From the NCBI GenBank assembly GCA_029100545.1, contig JAQXPH010000012.1, forward strand, positions 2,732 through 66,731: a DNA stretch of 64,000 nt. The letters run 5' to 3'. Both the position numbers and the translations under genes were made by a program. The notes beneath the pieces are model-generated. The model ran no database searches, was not told where the DNA came from, and saw only the letters and a list, made by a program, of their open reading frames with translations. Every line of letters starts with the position of its first letter. The first letter of the stretch is position 1. The DNA comes from a bacterium (GTDB lineage Bacteria > Bacillota_I > Bacilli_A > RF39 > UBA660). Below, in pieces: positions 9,119 through 19,607 of the stretch.

Positions 9119-10176
9119 TATTTTAAACCTTCAAGTTTTAGTCTCATATCTTCATTAATTAAAGCCTCAATTATTGGATCTAAATAACCATTCATAACTC
9201 TATCTAGTTCCATAATTGTAAAGTTGATTCTATGATCAGTAACTCGATTTTGTGGATAATTATAAGTTCTAATTTTTTCACTTCTATCACCAGAGCCTAT
9301 TTTACTTTTTCTTTCAGACTGTTCTTTATTATTTTTTTCTTCTTCAAGTGCAGAATTTATTTTAATTTTCAATAATTCTAAAGCTTTTTCTTTATTTTTT
9401 AATTGACTTCTTTCATCTTGACATGTTACTACTACTCCAGTTGGCAAATGAGTTATTCTTACTGCAGAATTACTTGTATTAACACTTTGTCCTCCCGCAC
9501 CAGATGAATGATAAACATCTATTTTAAGATCATTTTCATTAATATTTATACTTACATTGTCATATTTAGGCATAACAAGAACTGTTGCAGTTGATGTATG
9601 AACTCTACCTTGATTTTCAGTTTCAGGTACCCTTTGAACACGATGTGACCCACTTTCATACTTTAGTTTTGAATAAACATCTTTACCCTTAACAATATAT
9701 TCAATTTGAGCAAATCCTCCAGAAGTTCCTTCAACTGAATGAATAATTTCAATTTTCCAATGATTTTTTTCAGCATAATATGAATACATTCTAAATAAAT
9801 CTCCAGCAAAAATATTTGCTTCATCACCTCCTGCTGCTCCCCGAATCTCCATTATTACATCTTTTCCATCATTTTCATCTTTAGGTATTAATAAAAATTC
9901 TAATTTATTTTTTAATTCTTTTTCTTGTTCTTCTAAAGAAATTATTTCTTCATTTGCAATATCTTTTAATTCTGGATCTTCAAGCATTATTTTTGTTTCT
10001 TGTATAGATTTTAAAATATTTTTATATTCTTTATATATAGTAACAGTTTCCTCTAAATCACTTTTTTCTTTAGAAATATCTTTAAGTAAATTATAATCAT
10101 TTAAAACCTCCATACTTGTTAATTTTTCAGTTAATTCATTATATTTATTTAGCATTGTTTCAAGTCTATCTATCAT
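9118..10176 (-). CDS. prfA: Peptide chain release factor 1
   Basis: PET-type tripeptide region (VPETE) and GGQ motif SGAGGQSVNT. 352 aa. Confidence 0.95.
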   Translation of the reverse strand: MIDRLETMLNKYNELTEKLTSMEVLNDYNLLKDISKEKSDLEETVTIYKEYKNILKSIQETKIMLEDPELKDIANEEIISLEEQEKELKNKLEFLLIPKDENDGKDVIMEIRGAAGGDEANIFAGDLFRMYSYYAEKNHWKIEIIHSVEGTSGGFAQIEYIVKGKDVYSKLKYESGSHRVQRVPETENQGRVHTSTATVLVMPKYDNVSININENDLKIDVYHSSGAGGQSVNTSNSAVRITHLPTGVVVTCQDERSQLKNKEKALELLKIKINSALEEEKNNKEQSERKSKIGSGDRSEKIRTYNYPQNRVTDHRINFTIMELDRVMNGYLDPIIEALINEDMRLKLEGLK

Positions 10177-10210
10177 TTTTTCACATCCTTTTTAGCACAA
10201 AAAACAAGCA

Positions 10211-10657
10211 TTAAATACTTGTTTCATCTTCTTCATCAACTACCATAAAATCAGATAGTTCATCATCATCTGTATCTACATCATCTTCGTTAGATGAGTT
10301 ATCATAAAAAATATCTTCTTCATCATCTGAAATATCATCTTCATCAATAATTTCTTCATCAATTTCTTCAGGATCTAATTCGTCTTCATCTTCAATAATT
10401 ACATCAGGAGTATGATTTTTTCTTAAATCGCAAAATCCTTTTTCAAGAACTAAGAATTCCTTATTTGTAGAAATTAAATCATAAAAATCCGCTATTTTAT
10501 CTTCAAAATCTTTTTCTGTCATATTTTTTAATTCACATATTTTTTTAAATATATCTATAATTTTCATTTGCTTCTTATTTTCTTGTAAAATTAAATTTGC
10601 AAGTTCATCATAACTTAAAGTATCAATATCTTCATTTGTTAAATTTTTAATGCTCAT
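10211..10657 (-). CDS. rpoE: DNA-directed RNA polymerase delta subunit
   Basis: N-terminal HARE-HTH-like domain (LSYDELANLILQENKK...FYDLISTNKEF) plus a long D/E-rich tail. Start moved to ATG 10657, just after the argS stop. Confidence 0.75.
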   Translation of the reverse strand: MSIKNLTNEDIDTLSYDELANLILQENKKQMKIIDIFKKICELKNMTEKDFEDKIADFYDLISTNKEFLVLEKGFCDLRKNHTPDVIIEDEDELDPEEIDEEIIDEDDISDDEEDIFYDNSSNEDDVDTDDDELSDFMVVDEEDETSI

Positions 10658-10661
10658 TTTC

Positions 10662-12272
10662 TTACATCCTTTCTTTAGGTATAACTCCAATTAAATTCAA
10701 TGAGTTATATAATGTTATCTTAACAGCATAAATTAAATTTAAATTTTCTTTCGTTTTTAACTCATCTTCACAAATTATTTTATTTTTTTCATAATAATTA
10801 TGGAACAATGTGGCAAGTTCATATGAATAATTAGAAATTATATGTGGCAATTTTTTTGTGCACGCACTTTTGACTACATCAGGAAATTTATATAAACATG
10901 CTAACAAATTATATGCAGAATCACCATCTATTGTACTATAATTATTTATTTTTTCGATTGGTTTATTATATTTATTTATTATTGAACAAATTCTTGCATA
11001 AGCATAGCATATATAATAAACCTGATTATCATTTGAACTACTTCTTGCAAGATCTATGTCAAAATCCATTTGAGTATCTAATGAATATTTAGAAAAATAA
11101 TATCTTACTGCGTTTACTGATGTATCCTCCATTAAATCTTTTAAAGTAATTATTTTACCAGTTCTTTTATGCATAGTAACTACTTCTTTATTTTGAATTA
11201 TCCTAACTAATTGAAGTAATTTAACATCAATATATTCATCATTTAATCCCAATGCTTTAATTGCACTTTTTAATCTTGCAACATAACCATGATGATCTGT
11301 TCCAAGAACATCTATTATTTGAGTAAATCCTCTTAAAATTTTATCTTCATGGTAAAGAATATCTGGTAATAAATATGTATTAGTTCCATCATTTTTTATA
11401 AGGACATGGTCTTTATCATCATAAAGTTCACTACTTTTAAACCATATTGCACCATCTTTTTCGTATATGTAACCATTTTTTCTCATTTTTTCAATAGTGT
11501 CATTAAATGAATATTTATTCAAAATTGATTTTTCAGAAGTAATAACATCATATTCTATTCTATATTCTTTTAAATGTTCAAAAATTTTATCAGTTAAATA
11601 TTTTGTTGAATATTCTTTTATAAATTCAAAATCGTTATCTACGTATTTTTTACCAAATTCATTATATAATTTTTCAGCAATATCATAAATTTCTTTTCCT
11701 GGATAACCATTTTCTGGAAATTCATTATCAATGCCACATAATGTTAAGTATCTACTGTAAACAGAATTTGCAAGTTTAGTGATTTGACTTCCTGCATCAT
11801 TCATATAATATTCTTTTGTTACATCAAAGCCACAAAATGACATAATACGAGCTAATGAATCACCATAAGCTCCTCCCCTGGCATTTCCCATATGCAAAAT
11901 TCCTGTTGGATTAGCAGAAACAAATTCAATATTAACTTTCTCATTATTACCAAAATTATTTCTTCCATAATTTTCCTTTAATTGTAATATATTATTTATA
12001 TTATCAATTAAGTAATCTTTTTTAAGGAAAAAATTTATAAATCCTGGTTGTGCAACTTGGATTTCTTTAATATCTTCATCATTAATATTTTCAATAATTT
12101 TATGAGCTAGTTCCATTGGATTCATATTAATTTTTTTACAGTTTTTTAAAGCTATATTTGTACTATAATCACCATTTTCTTTGTTTTTAGGTATTTCCAA
12201 AATAATATTGTCATCAAAAAAACCTAATTCGTTTATTCTATTTTTTAGTATAAAAATAATTTTTTCTTTCAT
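10662..12272 (-). CDS. argS: Arginine--tRNA ligase
   Basis: 536 aa. SANPTGILHMGNARG (HIGH region) and a C-terminal DALR anticodon-binding domain. Confidence 0.95.
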   Translation of the reverse strand: MKEKIIFILKNRINELGFFDDNIILEIPKNKENGDYSTNIALKNCKKINMNPMELAHKIIENINDEDIKEIQVAQPGFINFFLKKDYLIDNINNILQLKENYGRNNFGNNEKVNIEFVSANPTGILHMGNARGGAYGDSLARIMSFCGFDVTKEYYMNDAGSQITKLANSVYSRYLTLCGIDNEFPENGYPGKEIYDIAEKLYNEFGKKYVDNDFEFIKEYSTKYLTDKIFEHLKEYRIEYDVITSEKSILNKYSFNDTIEKMRKNGYIYEKDGAIWFKSSELYDDKDHVLIKNDGTNTYLLPDILYHEDKILRGFTQIIDVLGTDHHGYVARLKSAIKALGLNDEYIDVKLLQLVRIIQNKEVVTMHKRTGKIITLKDLMEDTSVNAVRYYFSKYSLDTQMDFDIDLARSSSNDNQVYYICYAYARICSIINKYNKPIEKINNYSTIDGDSAYNLLACLYKFPDVVKSACTKKLPHIISNYSYELATLFHNYYEKNKIICEDELKTKENLNLIYAVKITLYNSLNLIGVIPKERM

Positions 12273-12380
12273 GTATATTATTCCTTTCTTTACACTTTTC
12301 CTTTTTTTCTAGAACATTATAGCATATATATATTAAAATTGCACTCATAAATTTGTTTTTTTTTATAATAATAAATATAG

Positions 12381-14333
12381 GTGAAAAAATTGCATATATT
12401 GAATAAAATTTATAAGATTATTTTGTTTACTTTTTTGTCTATAATAATTATTATTATAGGTTTATATTCATATGCTTATTTTTCTAAACCTATAATTTTA
12501 AATTCTTACCATACATATGAGTTATATGATAAAAATAATAATATATTTTATGAAGGTACAAATCAAAATAAATGGAGTAAAATTGATAATATTTCTAATA
12601 ATCTAAAAAATGCAGTTATTTCAGTAGAAGATAAAAATTTTTATGAACATGGTGGATTTGATTATTTAAGAATATTAAAAGCATTTATAAAAAATATAAA
12701 AAACAGAAAAATTGTTGAAGGTGGTAGTACAATTTCACAACAATATATAAAAAATGCTTTTTTAGATTTTGATAAAACTTGGTCTAGAAAAATTAAGGAA
12801 GCAATAATGACATTAAATTTAGAAGTGCATTATTCGAAAGATGAGATACTCGAAGCATATTTAAATACAATTAATTATGGATTAGGAAACTATGGTATAG
12901 TTAGTGCTGCATCTTTTTATTTTAATAAAAATGTATCCGATTTAACTCTTGAAGAATCATTAATAATAGCTGGTATACCAAAAAATCCAAGTAATTATAA
13001 TCCAGTATCAAATTATGAAAGGAGTATACAAAGAGCTAAAGTAGTTGCTTTATCAATGCTTAATAATGGTTATTTAACAAAAAATGAATATGATAATTTA
13101 TTTAAAAATAAAATTGAAATTTATGGAAAAAAAAATAATAATAATTTACAAATGATATCTTATTTTGAAGATGCTGTATACCACGAATTAAAAAATAATT
13201 TAGGGTTTAGTGAAGAAACAATTAACTATGGAAATTTAAAAATATATACTTCTTTAGATATGAATGCGCAAAAAATACTTGAAGATGAAATTCTTAATAA
13301 TATATCGGATGAAAATTTACAAGTAGCATCAATTATAGTTTCTCCAGAAACAGGAGAAGTTTTAGCTTTAACTGGTGGGATAAATTATAATAAAAGCGAA
13401 TATAATAGAGCAATAAAATCAAAAAGACAAGTTGGTTCTACAATGAAACCATTTTTATATTATGGCGCCTTAGATAGTGGTATGACATCTTCATCAACAT
13501 TCTTAAGTCAATATACTACCTTTTCTCTTTCAAATGGCAAAACTTATTCTCCAAAAAACTTTGCAAATATATATGCAAATAAAGAAATTACAATGGCTGC
13601 AGCAATTGCCTATTCAGATAACATATATGCTGTTAAAACAAATCTTTTTTTAGGAGTAGATAAATTAATTGAAACAGCTAAATTATGTGGAATTAAAGGT
13701 AATCTTTCTAACGTAACATCACTTGCTCTTGGTACTAGCGAATTAAATATACTAGATTTTGCAAATGGTTATAATACTTTTGCTACCGGTGGCTATAAAA
13801 AAAATATATATTTTATAAATAAAATTGAAGATAAAAATGGAAATATAATATATGAACATCAAAACGAAAATAATTTAGTACTTAACCCAAATTATGTTTA
13901 TATATTAAACGAAATGTTAACTAGTACCACTAATTCAGCATTTATTGACTATAACACACCAACTGCATTAAATATTGCCTCAAAATTAAAGAAAAAATAT
14001 GCATTTAAAACTGGAACAACAGATACAGATTATTGGGCAGTTGGTTATAATAAAGATATATTAATGGTTATATGGACTGGTTATGATGATAATAGTAATA
14101 TTGAATTAAAAGTTGGTAATGAAGTAAAAAACGTATGGGCAAATGTTGTAACATATTTACAAAATGATGAAAATAATTCTTGGTATGATATGCCAAATAA
14201 TGTAATAGGTCTTCCATTAGATTCTATTAGTGGTAAACCAACAAATGATAGTAATCATATGACAATGTTTTATTACTTAAAAGGTAGTGAACCAGAATAT
14301 AATATTAATACATATAAAAAAGAAGATAATTAA
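12381..14333 (+). CDS. Class A penicillin-binding protein (glycosyltransferase + transpeptidase)
   Basis: GT51 motifs EDKNFYEHGG and GGSTISQQ. Transpeptidase motifs STMKP, SDN, KTGTT. N-terminal TM. AGGTGA at 12379-12384 favours a TTG start at 12390 over GTG at 12381. Confidence 0.9.
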   Translation: MKKLHILNKIYKIILFTFLSIIIIIIGLYSYAYFSKPIILNSYHTYELYDKNNNIFYEGTNQNKWSKIDNISNNLKNAVISVEDKNFYEHGGFDYLRILKAFIKNIKNRKIVEGGSTISQQYIKNAFLDFDKTWSRKIKEAIMTLNLEVHYSKDEILEAYLNTINYGLGNYGIVSAASFYFNKNVSDLTLEESLIIAGIPKNPSNYNPVSNYERSIQRAKVVALSMLNNGYLTKNEYDNLFKNKIEIYGKKNNNNLQMISYFEDAVYHELKNNLGFSEETINYGNLKIYTSLDMNAQKILEDEILNNISDENLQVASIIVSPETGEVLALTGGINYNKSEYNRAIKSKRQVGSTMKPFLYYGALDSGMTSSSTFLSQYTTFSLSNGKTYSPKNFANIYANKEITMAAAIAYSDNIYAVKTNLFLGVDKLIETAKLCGIKGNLSNVTSLALGTSELNILDFANGYNTFATGGYKKNIYFINKIEDKNGNIIYEHQNENNLVLNPNYVYILNEMLTSTTNSAFIDYNTPTALNIASKLKKKYAFKTGTTDTDYWAVGYNKDILMVIWTGYDDNSNIELKVGNEVKNVWANVVTYLQNDENNSWYDMPNNVIGLPLDSISGKPTNDSNHMTMFYYLKGSEPEYNINTYKKEDN

Positions 14334-15475
14334 TTCTTTTCAGAAATTGTTATAACATAAGTTATTTTATTGTTATCTTCTTGAATATTTTTTTGTATAA
14401 AATAAGAATTTTCTAATATATTTAAAGAATTATCAATAATATTTTTTGCTATAGAATAATCAATATTTTTTTGATGTTCTTGAATTGGTGGAAGAAAATC
14501 TAAACTATCAACTGCATTAATTGTTTTTTCTTGATTTATTGGATTATTAGTTATTGAATCTTTATTATAAAAATCAATATTATTTTCAGTAAAGGTAGTC
14601 GATTTGTTGCTTTCATTTTCATTATTTAGTGAAGACTGAAAGTCAAAATTTAAATAAGTATTATTTAATGGATTAGTATTTTCATTAATATTCATATTTG
14701 CTTGTTCATCTTCAAGATTATTAAAAAATCTATTAGTTGCCTTCTCACCTAAATTAATTGGTCCCATATTATTTTTATTTGAATTATCAATTGATTGAAT
14801 TAAAGGAATATCAATATCATGAGATTCATTTTTTAACTTATTAATATCTAAATTAAATGTTAAATCATTTGTTCCATATTCTTTTGCAATTTCTCTTTCT
14901 AGATCCTTGACATTTAATTTATTATCAATAATTTTTTTTAACCAAATTATTTGCTCATTACTTTCTTTTAATTTTAATAAACTTCTTGCATGCCTTTCAG
15001 ATATCTTATTATTTAAAAGTGCATCTTGTACTTCTTTAGGCAAAGTTAATAGTTTCAATTTATTTTGTAATACACTCTCAGGAACACCAATTTTTTGTGC
15101 AAGAGCTTGTTTATTCATAAAACCTTGACTTAATAAAGCTTGATATGATTTTGCTTCTTCAATAGGATTTAATTCTTTCCTTTGAATATTTTCACTTATT
15201 GCAACTTCTGCACTAGTTTTATCATCTATATTTGAAAGTATTGCTGGAACAGTTGTAAGTCCAGCCATCATAGCAGCACGATATCTTCTTTCACCTGAGA
15301 CTATTTCATATTTATCACCAAGTCTACGAACTACTAATGGTTGAATTATACCATGTTCTTTTATAGAGGCCGATAAATCATTTAATGAAGCATCATCAAA
15401 AACTAATCGTGGTTGAAAACGATTAGGAATAATATCTTCTATTGCAATATTAATCACACCAGAATCAAAATTCAT
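14330..15475 (-). CDS. parB: Chromosome partitioning protein ParB/Spo0J with a ~175-aa N/D/S-rich C-terminal extension
   Basis: ParB N-domain IIQPLVVRR...YEIVSGERRYRAAMMAG (CTP-binding GERRxR box) and HTH region ...ISERHARSLLKL. Start moved to ATG 15475 behind GAGAAGGGG. No parA/soj on either side. Confidence 0.8.
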   Translation of the reverse strand: MNFDSGVINIAIEDIIPNRFQPRLVFDDASLNDLSASIKEHGIIQPLVVRRLGDKYEIVSGERRYRAAMMAGLTTVPAILSNIDDKTSAEVAISENIQRKELNPIEEAKSYQALLSQGFMNKQALAQKIGVPESVLQNKLKLLTLPKEVQDALLNNKISERHARSLLKLKESNEQIIWLKKIIDNKLNVKDLEREIAKEYGTNDLTFNLDINKLKNESHDIDIPLIQSIDNSNKNNMGPINLGEKATNRFFNNLEDEQANMNINENTNPLNNTYLNFDFQSSLNNENESNKSTTFTENNIDFYNKDSITNNPINQEKTINAVDSLDFLPPIQEHQKNIDYSIAKNIIDNSLNILENSYFIQKNIQEDNNKITYVITISEKN

Positions 15476-15547
15476 ATAAGCCCCTTCTCTATTATATATA
15501 ATAATATATATTATCTTTTTTTTCAAGGAAAAAAAAGATAAAAACTA

Positions 15548-16282
15548 TTATTTTAAATTTAATTTTTTTCTTCTCATTTCACTTTGTTTAAGTAATTTTG
15601 GATAGTTAACTATTTTTGATGTAACTTCATTTTTACTTATAACAATTAAACTGCGATTATTATCATCAGATAATATTTTATAATTTATAATATTAAAATT
15701 AGAAATATGAAGTTCATTTTTATAAGTATTTAATATTTTAAGTTCATCTTGATAATTTCCTTTCATTAATATAACACTACCATCTGCTTTTATAAATGGT
15801 AAAGATAAAGATGTAATTATATCTATATATGCAACTGCTCTTGATATACAAACATCATACTCATTTAAATGATATTTCATATATTCTTCAGCTCGTAAAT
15901 TTATAACTTCAATATCTTTTAAATCTAATTTAATTATTAATTCGTTTAAAAAATTAGTTTTTTTATTATTAGAATCTAAAAGAGTTATTTTAATATTTGG
16001 AAAAAATATTTTTAATACAATTCCAGGAAATCCAGCACCCGACCCAATATCAATTAAATTATTAATATGATTTAAATCAATTGATTTTGTTACCATTAAA
16101 GAATCTAAAAAATGTTTAATGTAAACATCATCTTTTTTTGTAATCGCTGTAATATTGGTATGTTCATTATATTGAATTAAAAAATTATAATATTGTTCAA
16201 GTAAATCTAATTTTTTTTTAGTTATATCAATATTTAATTTAGATAATTCACTTATAAAAATATCATTTATCATTTTTTGCAT
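15548..16282 (-). CDS. rsmG: 16S rRNA (guanine527-N7)-methyltransferase
   Basis: GidB family, DIGSGAGFPGI SAM motif. mnmE-mnmG-rsmG order. Confidence 0.9.
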   Translation of the reverse strand: MQKMINDIFISELSKLNIDITKKKLDLLEQYYNFLIQYNEHTNITAITKKDDVYIKHFLDSLMVTKSIDLNHINNLIDIGSGAGFPGIVLKIFFPNIKITLLDSNNKKTNFLNELIIKLDLKDIEVINLRAEEYMKYHLNEYDVCISRAVAYIDIITSLSLPFIKADGSVILMKGNYQDELKILNTYKNELHISNFNIINYKILSDDNNRSLIVISKNEVTSKIVNYPKLLKQSEMRRKKLNLK

Positions 16283-18134
16283 ATTCCTTCTTTAAATAAA
16301 TAAGAATTAAAGAAATATCCACAGGATTTACTCCACTTATTCGAGAAGCTTGAGCAATATTTTCAGGTCTTACCAATGAAAGTTTTTGTCTTGCTTCACT
16401 AGCAATATTTTTTATTTTATTGTAATCAATATCCACAGGAATTTTCTTTTTTTCTAATTTTAACATTTTTTCTTTTTCTATATACTCTTTTTTAATATAT
16501 CCTTCATATTTAACTTCAATAGTAACTTCTTCTTTTACATCACTAGTAAATGAATTTAAATTTATAAAATTACTTATAAAATCAAGCGATATTTCCGGCC
16601 TTTTTAAAAGAGTAATAAATTTAATATTATTCTTTGGAATAGAAATATTATTATTTTGAAAATAATCAATTATATCGTTATTAATTTCTAATTTATTATC
16701 ATTTAATAGTTGTTTTAATTTTAAAATATTATCTACTCTTTTTTTATAAATATTAAATTTTTTTTCGGATACACTTCCAACTTCATAACCTAATTCAGTT
16801 AACCTTAAATCAGCATTATCATGTCTTAATAATAATCTAAATTCTGCTCTTGAAGTAAGCATACGATATGGATCTGTTATACCTTTTGTAACTAAATCAT
16901 CAATAAGCACACCTATATAAGCATCAGATCTTTTTAAAATAAGAGGATCTTTATTATTAATTTTTAAACTAGCATTTATTCCAGCTATTAAACCTTGTCC
17001 TGCTGCTTCTTCATATCCTGATGTACCATTTATTTGTCCTGCAGTAAATAGGTTTTCAAGAATTTTTGATTCTAAATTAGCTTTAATTTGTATAGAATCA
17101 ATAGCATCATATTCAATTGCATAAGCGTATTTTGTAATTTCAGCTTTTTCTAAACCTTCTAAAGAATGAACCATTTGTTCTTGTATATCTCTTGGCATTG
17201 ATGTAGAAAAACCTTGTAAATACCATTCATCATAATAAATACTTTCTGGTTCTAAAAAAAGTTGATGTCTTTCTTTATCTGAAAATCTTACAATTTTATC
17301 TTCAATTGATGGACAATATCTTGGTCCTACACCAGTTGCATATCCCCCATACATAGCACTGAGTTTTAAATTATTTCTTATTATTTCATGAGTTTTATTA
17401 TTGGTATATACAAGATAACATTTTTGTTGTTTATTAATATTATATAATGGTTTTGTGTCAAATGAAAAAGTCCAATAAGTATCATCACCTTTTTCTTCTT
17501 TTAATTTGCTAAAATCAATACTATTTGCTTTAATTCTTGGTGGTGTACCAGTTTTTAATCTTTTTATATTAAAACCTAATTTTTTTAAATTATTTGAGAG
17601 TTCATTACTTCTTTTTTCACCATGAGGACCGCTTGGAGTATTTTCAGAACCAATTAAAATATTAGCATTCAAATAAGTACCTGTAGTTAATATTACAGAT
17701 TTTGAATAAATTTTTTCATTATTTGAAAGAATAACACCAACTACTTTATTATCTTCAACAATTAAATTTTCAACCATATTTTCTATAATTGTTAAGTTTT
17801 TTGTGTTTTCTAAGTATTCTTTCATTATTTTAGGATAAACCTTTTTGTCAGCTTGGGCTCTTAAACTTCTAACAGCTGGTCCTTTGGAATTATTTAACAT
17901 TTTTATTTGAAAATGTGATTTATCAGCTACTATACCCATTAAGCCACCTAACGCATCTATTTCTCTTACAATAATTCCTTTTGCACTTCCTCCAATAGAA
18001 GGATTACATGGCATATCAGCAATATTATTTATATTAGATGTTATAAGTAATGTTTTATTACCCATAAAGGCACTTATATGAGATGCTTCACAACCAGCAT
18101 GACCACCACCTACTACGATTATATCATATATCAT
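16263..18134 (-). CDS. mnmG: tRNA uridine 5-carboxymethylaminomethyl modification enzyme MnmG
   Basis: 623 aa. FAD motif VVGGGHAGCEA and conserved GQINGTSGYEEAA. Confidence 0.95.
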   Translation of the reverse strand: MIYDIIVVGGGHAGCEASHISAFMGNKTLLITSNINNIADMPCNPSIGGSAKGIIVREIDALGGLMGIVADKSHFQIKMLNNSKGPAVRSLRAQADKKVYPKIMKEYLENTKNLTIIENMVENLIVEDNKVVGVILSNNEKIYSKSVILTTGTYLNANILIGSENTPSGPHGEKRSNELSNNLKKLGFNIKRLKTGTPPRIKANSIDFSKLKEEKGDDTYWTFSFDTKPLYNINKQQKCYLVYTNNKTHEIIRNNLKLSAMYGGYATGVGPRYCPSIEDKIVRFSDKERHQLFLEPESIYYDEWYLQGFSTSMPRDIQEQMVHSLEGLEKAEITKYAYAIEYDAIDSIQIKANLESKILENLFTAGQINGTSGYEEAAGQGLIAGINASLKINNKDPLILKRSDAYIGVLIDDLVTKGITDPYRMLTSRAEFRLLLRHDNADLRLTELGYEVGSVSEKKFNIYKKRVDNILKLKQLLNDNKLEINNDIIDYFQNNNISIPKNNIKFITLLKRPEISLDFISNFINLNSFTSDVKEEVTIEVKYEGYIKKEYIEKEKMLKLEKKKIPVDIDYNKIKNIASEARQKLSLVRPENIAQASRISGVNPVDISLILIYLKKEYAKNDK

Positions 18135-18171
18135 ATTTTATCACGTCTTTCATTTATTTTTTATATAAATC

Positions 18172-19524
18172 CTACTTTCCTAAACAAAAATTTCTAAAAA
18201 TTTCATCTATTAATTCATCTTGATATGAATCTCCAATAATTTTACCTAAATACTCCCATGCAGACTTTAAATCAATTTCAATTATATCTATTGGCATTCC
18301 ATTTGCAAGAGCATTATTAGCATTTTCAATTGATGAATTAGCTTTATTAACTAAATCTATTTGACGAATATTTGATAAATAACTCATATCTTTACTTACG
18401 ATACTTTCTAGATTAAGTTTTTCACTGATTGTCTTTTTTAATATATCTAAACCATCAACATCAATAGTATTTCCATAAATAATTTTACTTTTAAATTCTT
18501 CAGGAACAACAAGTTTATTAATTAAATCATTTTTATTTATAAAAATAATTAATCTATCACTATTATACTTATTTAATAATTCTTTTTCTTCATTAGATAA
18601 TTCTTCATTATTATTTAAAACTAAAAGTATTAAATCAGAATTATCTGCAGTTTTTTGACTTTTGTCAACACCAATTTTTTCAACTATATCTTCAGTTTTT
18701 CTAATTCCAGCAGTATCAATAAAATTAATTGCTACTCCATTTAAAGTAATACTACCTTCAACAATATCTCTAGTTGTTCCTGGAATATCTGTTACTATTG
18801 CTTTTTCTTCATCTAAAAGGTGATTTAAAATACTACTTTTACCAACGTTTGGTTTACCAATAATTGCAACAGAAACTCCATCTTTAATAATTCTTCCATT
18901 TTTTGCACCTTCTACTAATTTATTTAGTTCAGTAGTTATATCACTAAGATAATCATACATTAAATTACTAGTTACTTGAAGTTCATCAGTATATTCAGGG
19001 TAATCAATATTTACTTCAATATTAGTTAAAATTTTAGAAATTTTTTCACGAATGTTTCTAATTTTTTTAGTAAGAATTCCATCAACATTGTTGATTGCCA
19101 TATTTCTTGCAGCATCATTTTTAGCAATTATTAAGTCATTTACTGATTCAGCTTCTAAAAGATTAATTCTCCCATTTAAATATGCTCTTTTAGTAAATTC
19201 TCCTGGTTCAGCAAGACGACAACCTATTTCAAGTAATATTTCAAATACTTTTTTTGTAGTATTTATTCCACCATGACAATTTATTTCAATAATATCTTCA
19301 GTTGTATAAGTCTTAGGACTACGCATTAACATAACTAATACTTCATCTATTACTTCATTTTTATATTTGATATGACCATAAGTAATAGTGTGTGTTTTAG
19401 CATTTTTTAAATCACCAGAAAAAATACTATCAACATAAAAAATTGCTTTTGGTCCACTTACTCTAATAATTGAAATAGCACCAATACTTAAAGATGTAGA
19501 TATAGCACATATAGTATCTTCCAT
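18172..19524 (-). CDS. mnmE: tRNA modification GTPase MnmE
   Basis: G-domain GKPNVGKSS, DTAGIR, NKND, and C-terminal FCLGK. Start moved to ATG 19524 behind AAAGGGAGAAAA. Confidence 0.95.
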   Translation of the reverse strand: MEDTICAISTSLSIGAISIIRVSGPKAIFYVDSIFSGDLKNAKTHTITYGHIKYKNEVIDEVLVMLMRSPKTYTTEDIIEINCHGGINTTKKVFEILLEIGCRLAEPGEFTKRAYLNGRINLLEAESVNDLIIAKNDAARNMAINNVDGILTKKIRNIREKISKILTNIEVNIDYPEYTDELQVTSNLMYDYLSDITTELNKLVEGAKNGRIIKDGVSVAIIGKPNVGKSSILNHLLDEEKAIVTDIPGTTRDIVEGSITLNGVAINFIDTAGIRKTEDIVEKIGVDKSQKTADNSDLILLVLNNNEELSNEEKELLNKYNSDRLIIFINKNDLINKLVVPEEFKSKIIYGNTIDVDGLDILKKTISEKLNLESIVSKDMSYLSNIRQIDLVNKANSSIENANNALANGMPIDIIEIDLKSAWEYLGKIIGDSYQDELIDEIFRNFCLGK

Positions 19525-19607
19525 AGTTATTTTTCTCCCTTTCAATTTTTGATATTATAACATTTTTTTTTTATATTGTAAATCAAAAAAATCCCAAAGG
19601 TATGGGA

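Noticed and set aside
12339-12369. Candidate promoter TTGCAC-N19-TATAAT upstream of the PBP gene
   Set aside because: The 19-nt spacer is longer than optimal, and such hexamers are frequent in AT-rich DNA. It is not reported as a feature.
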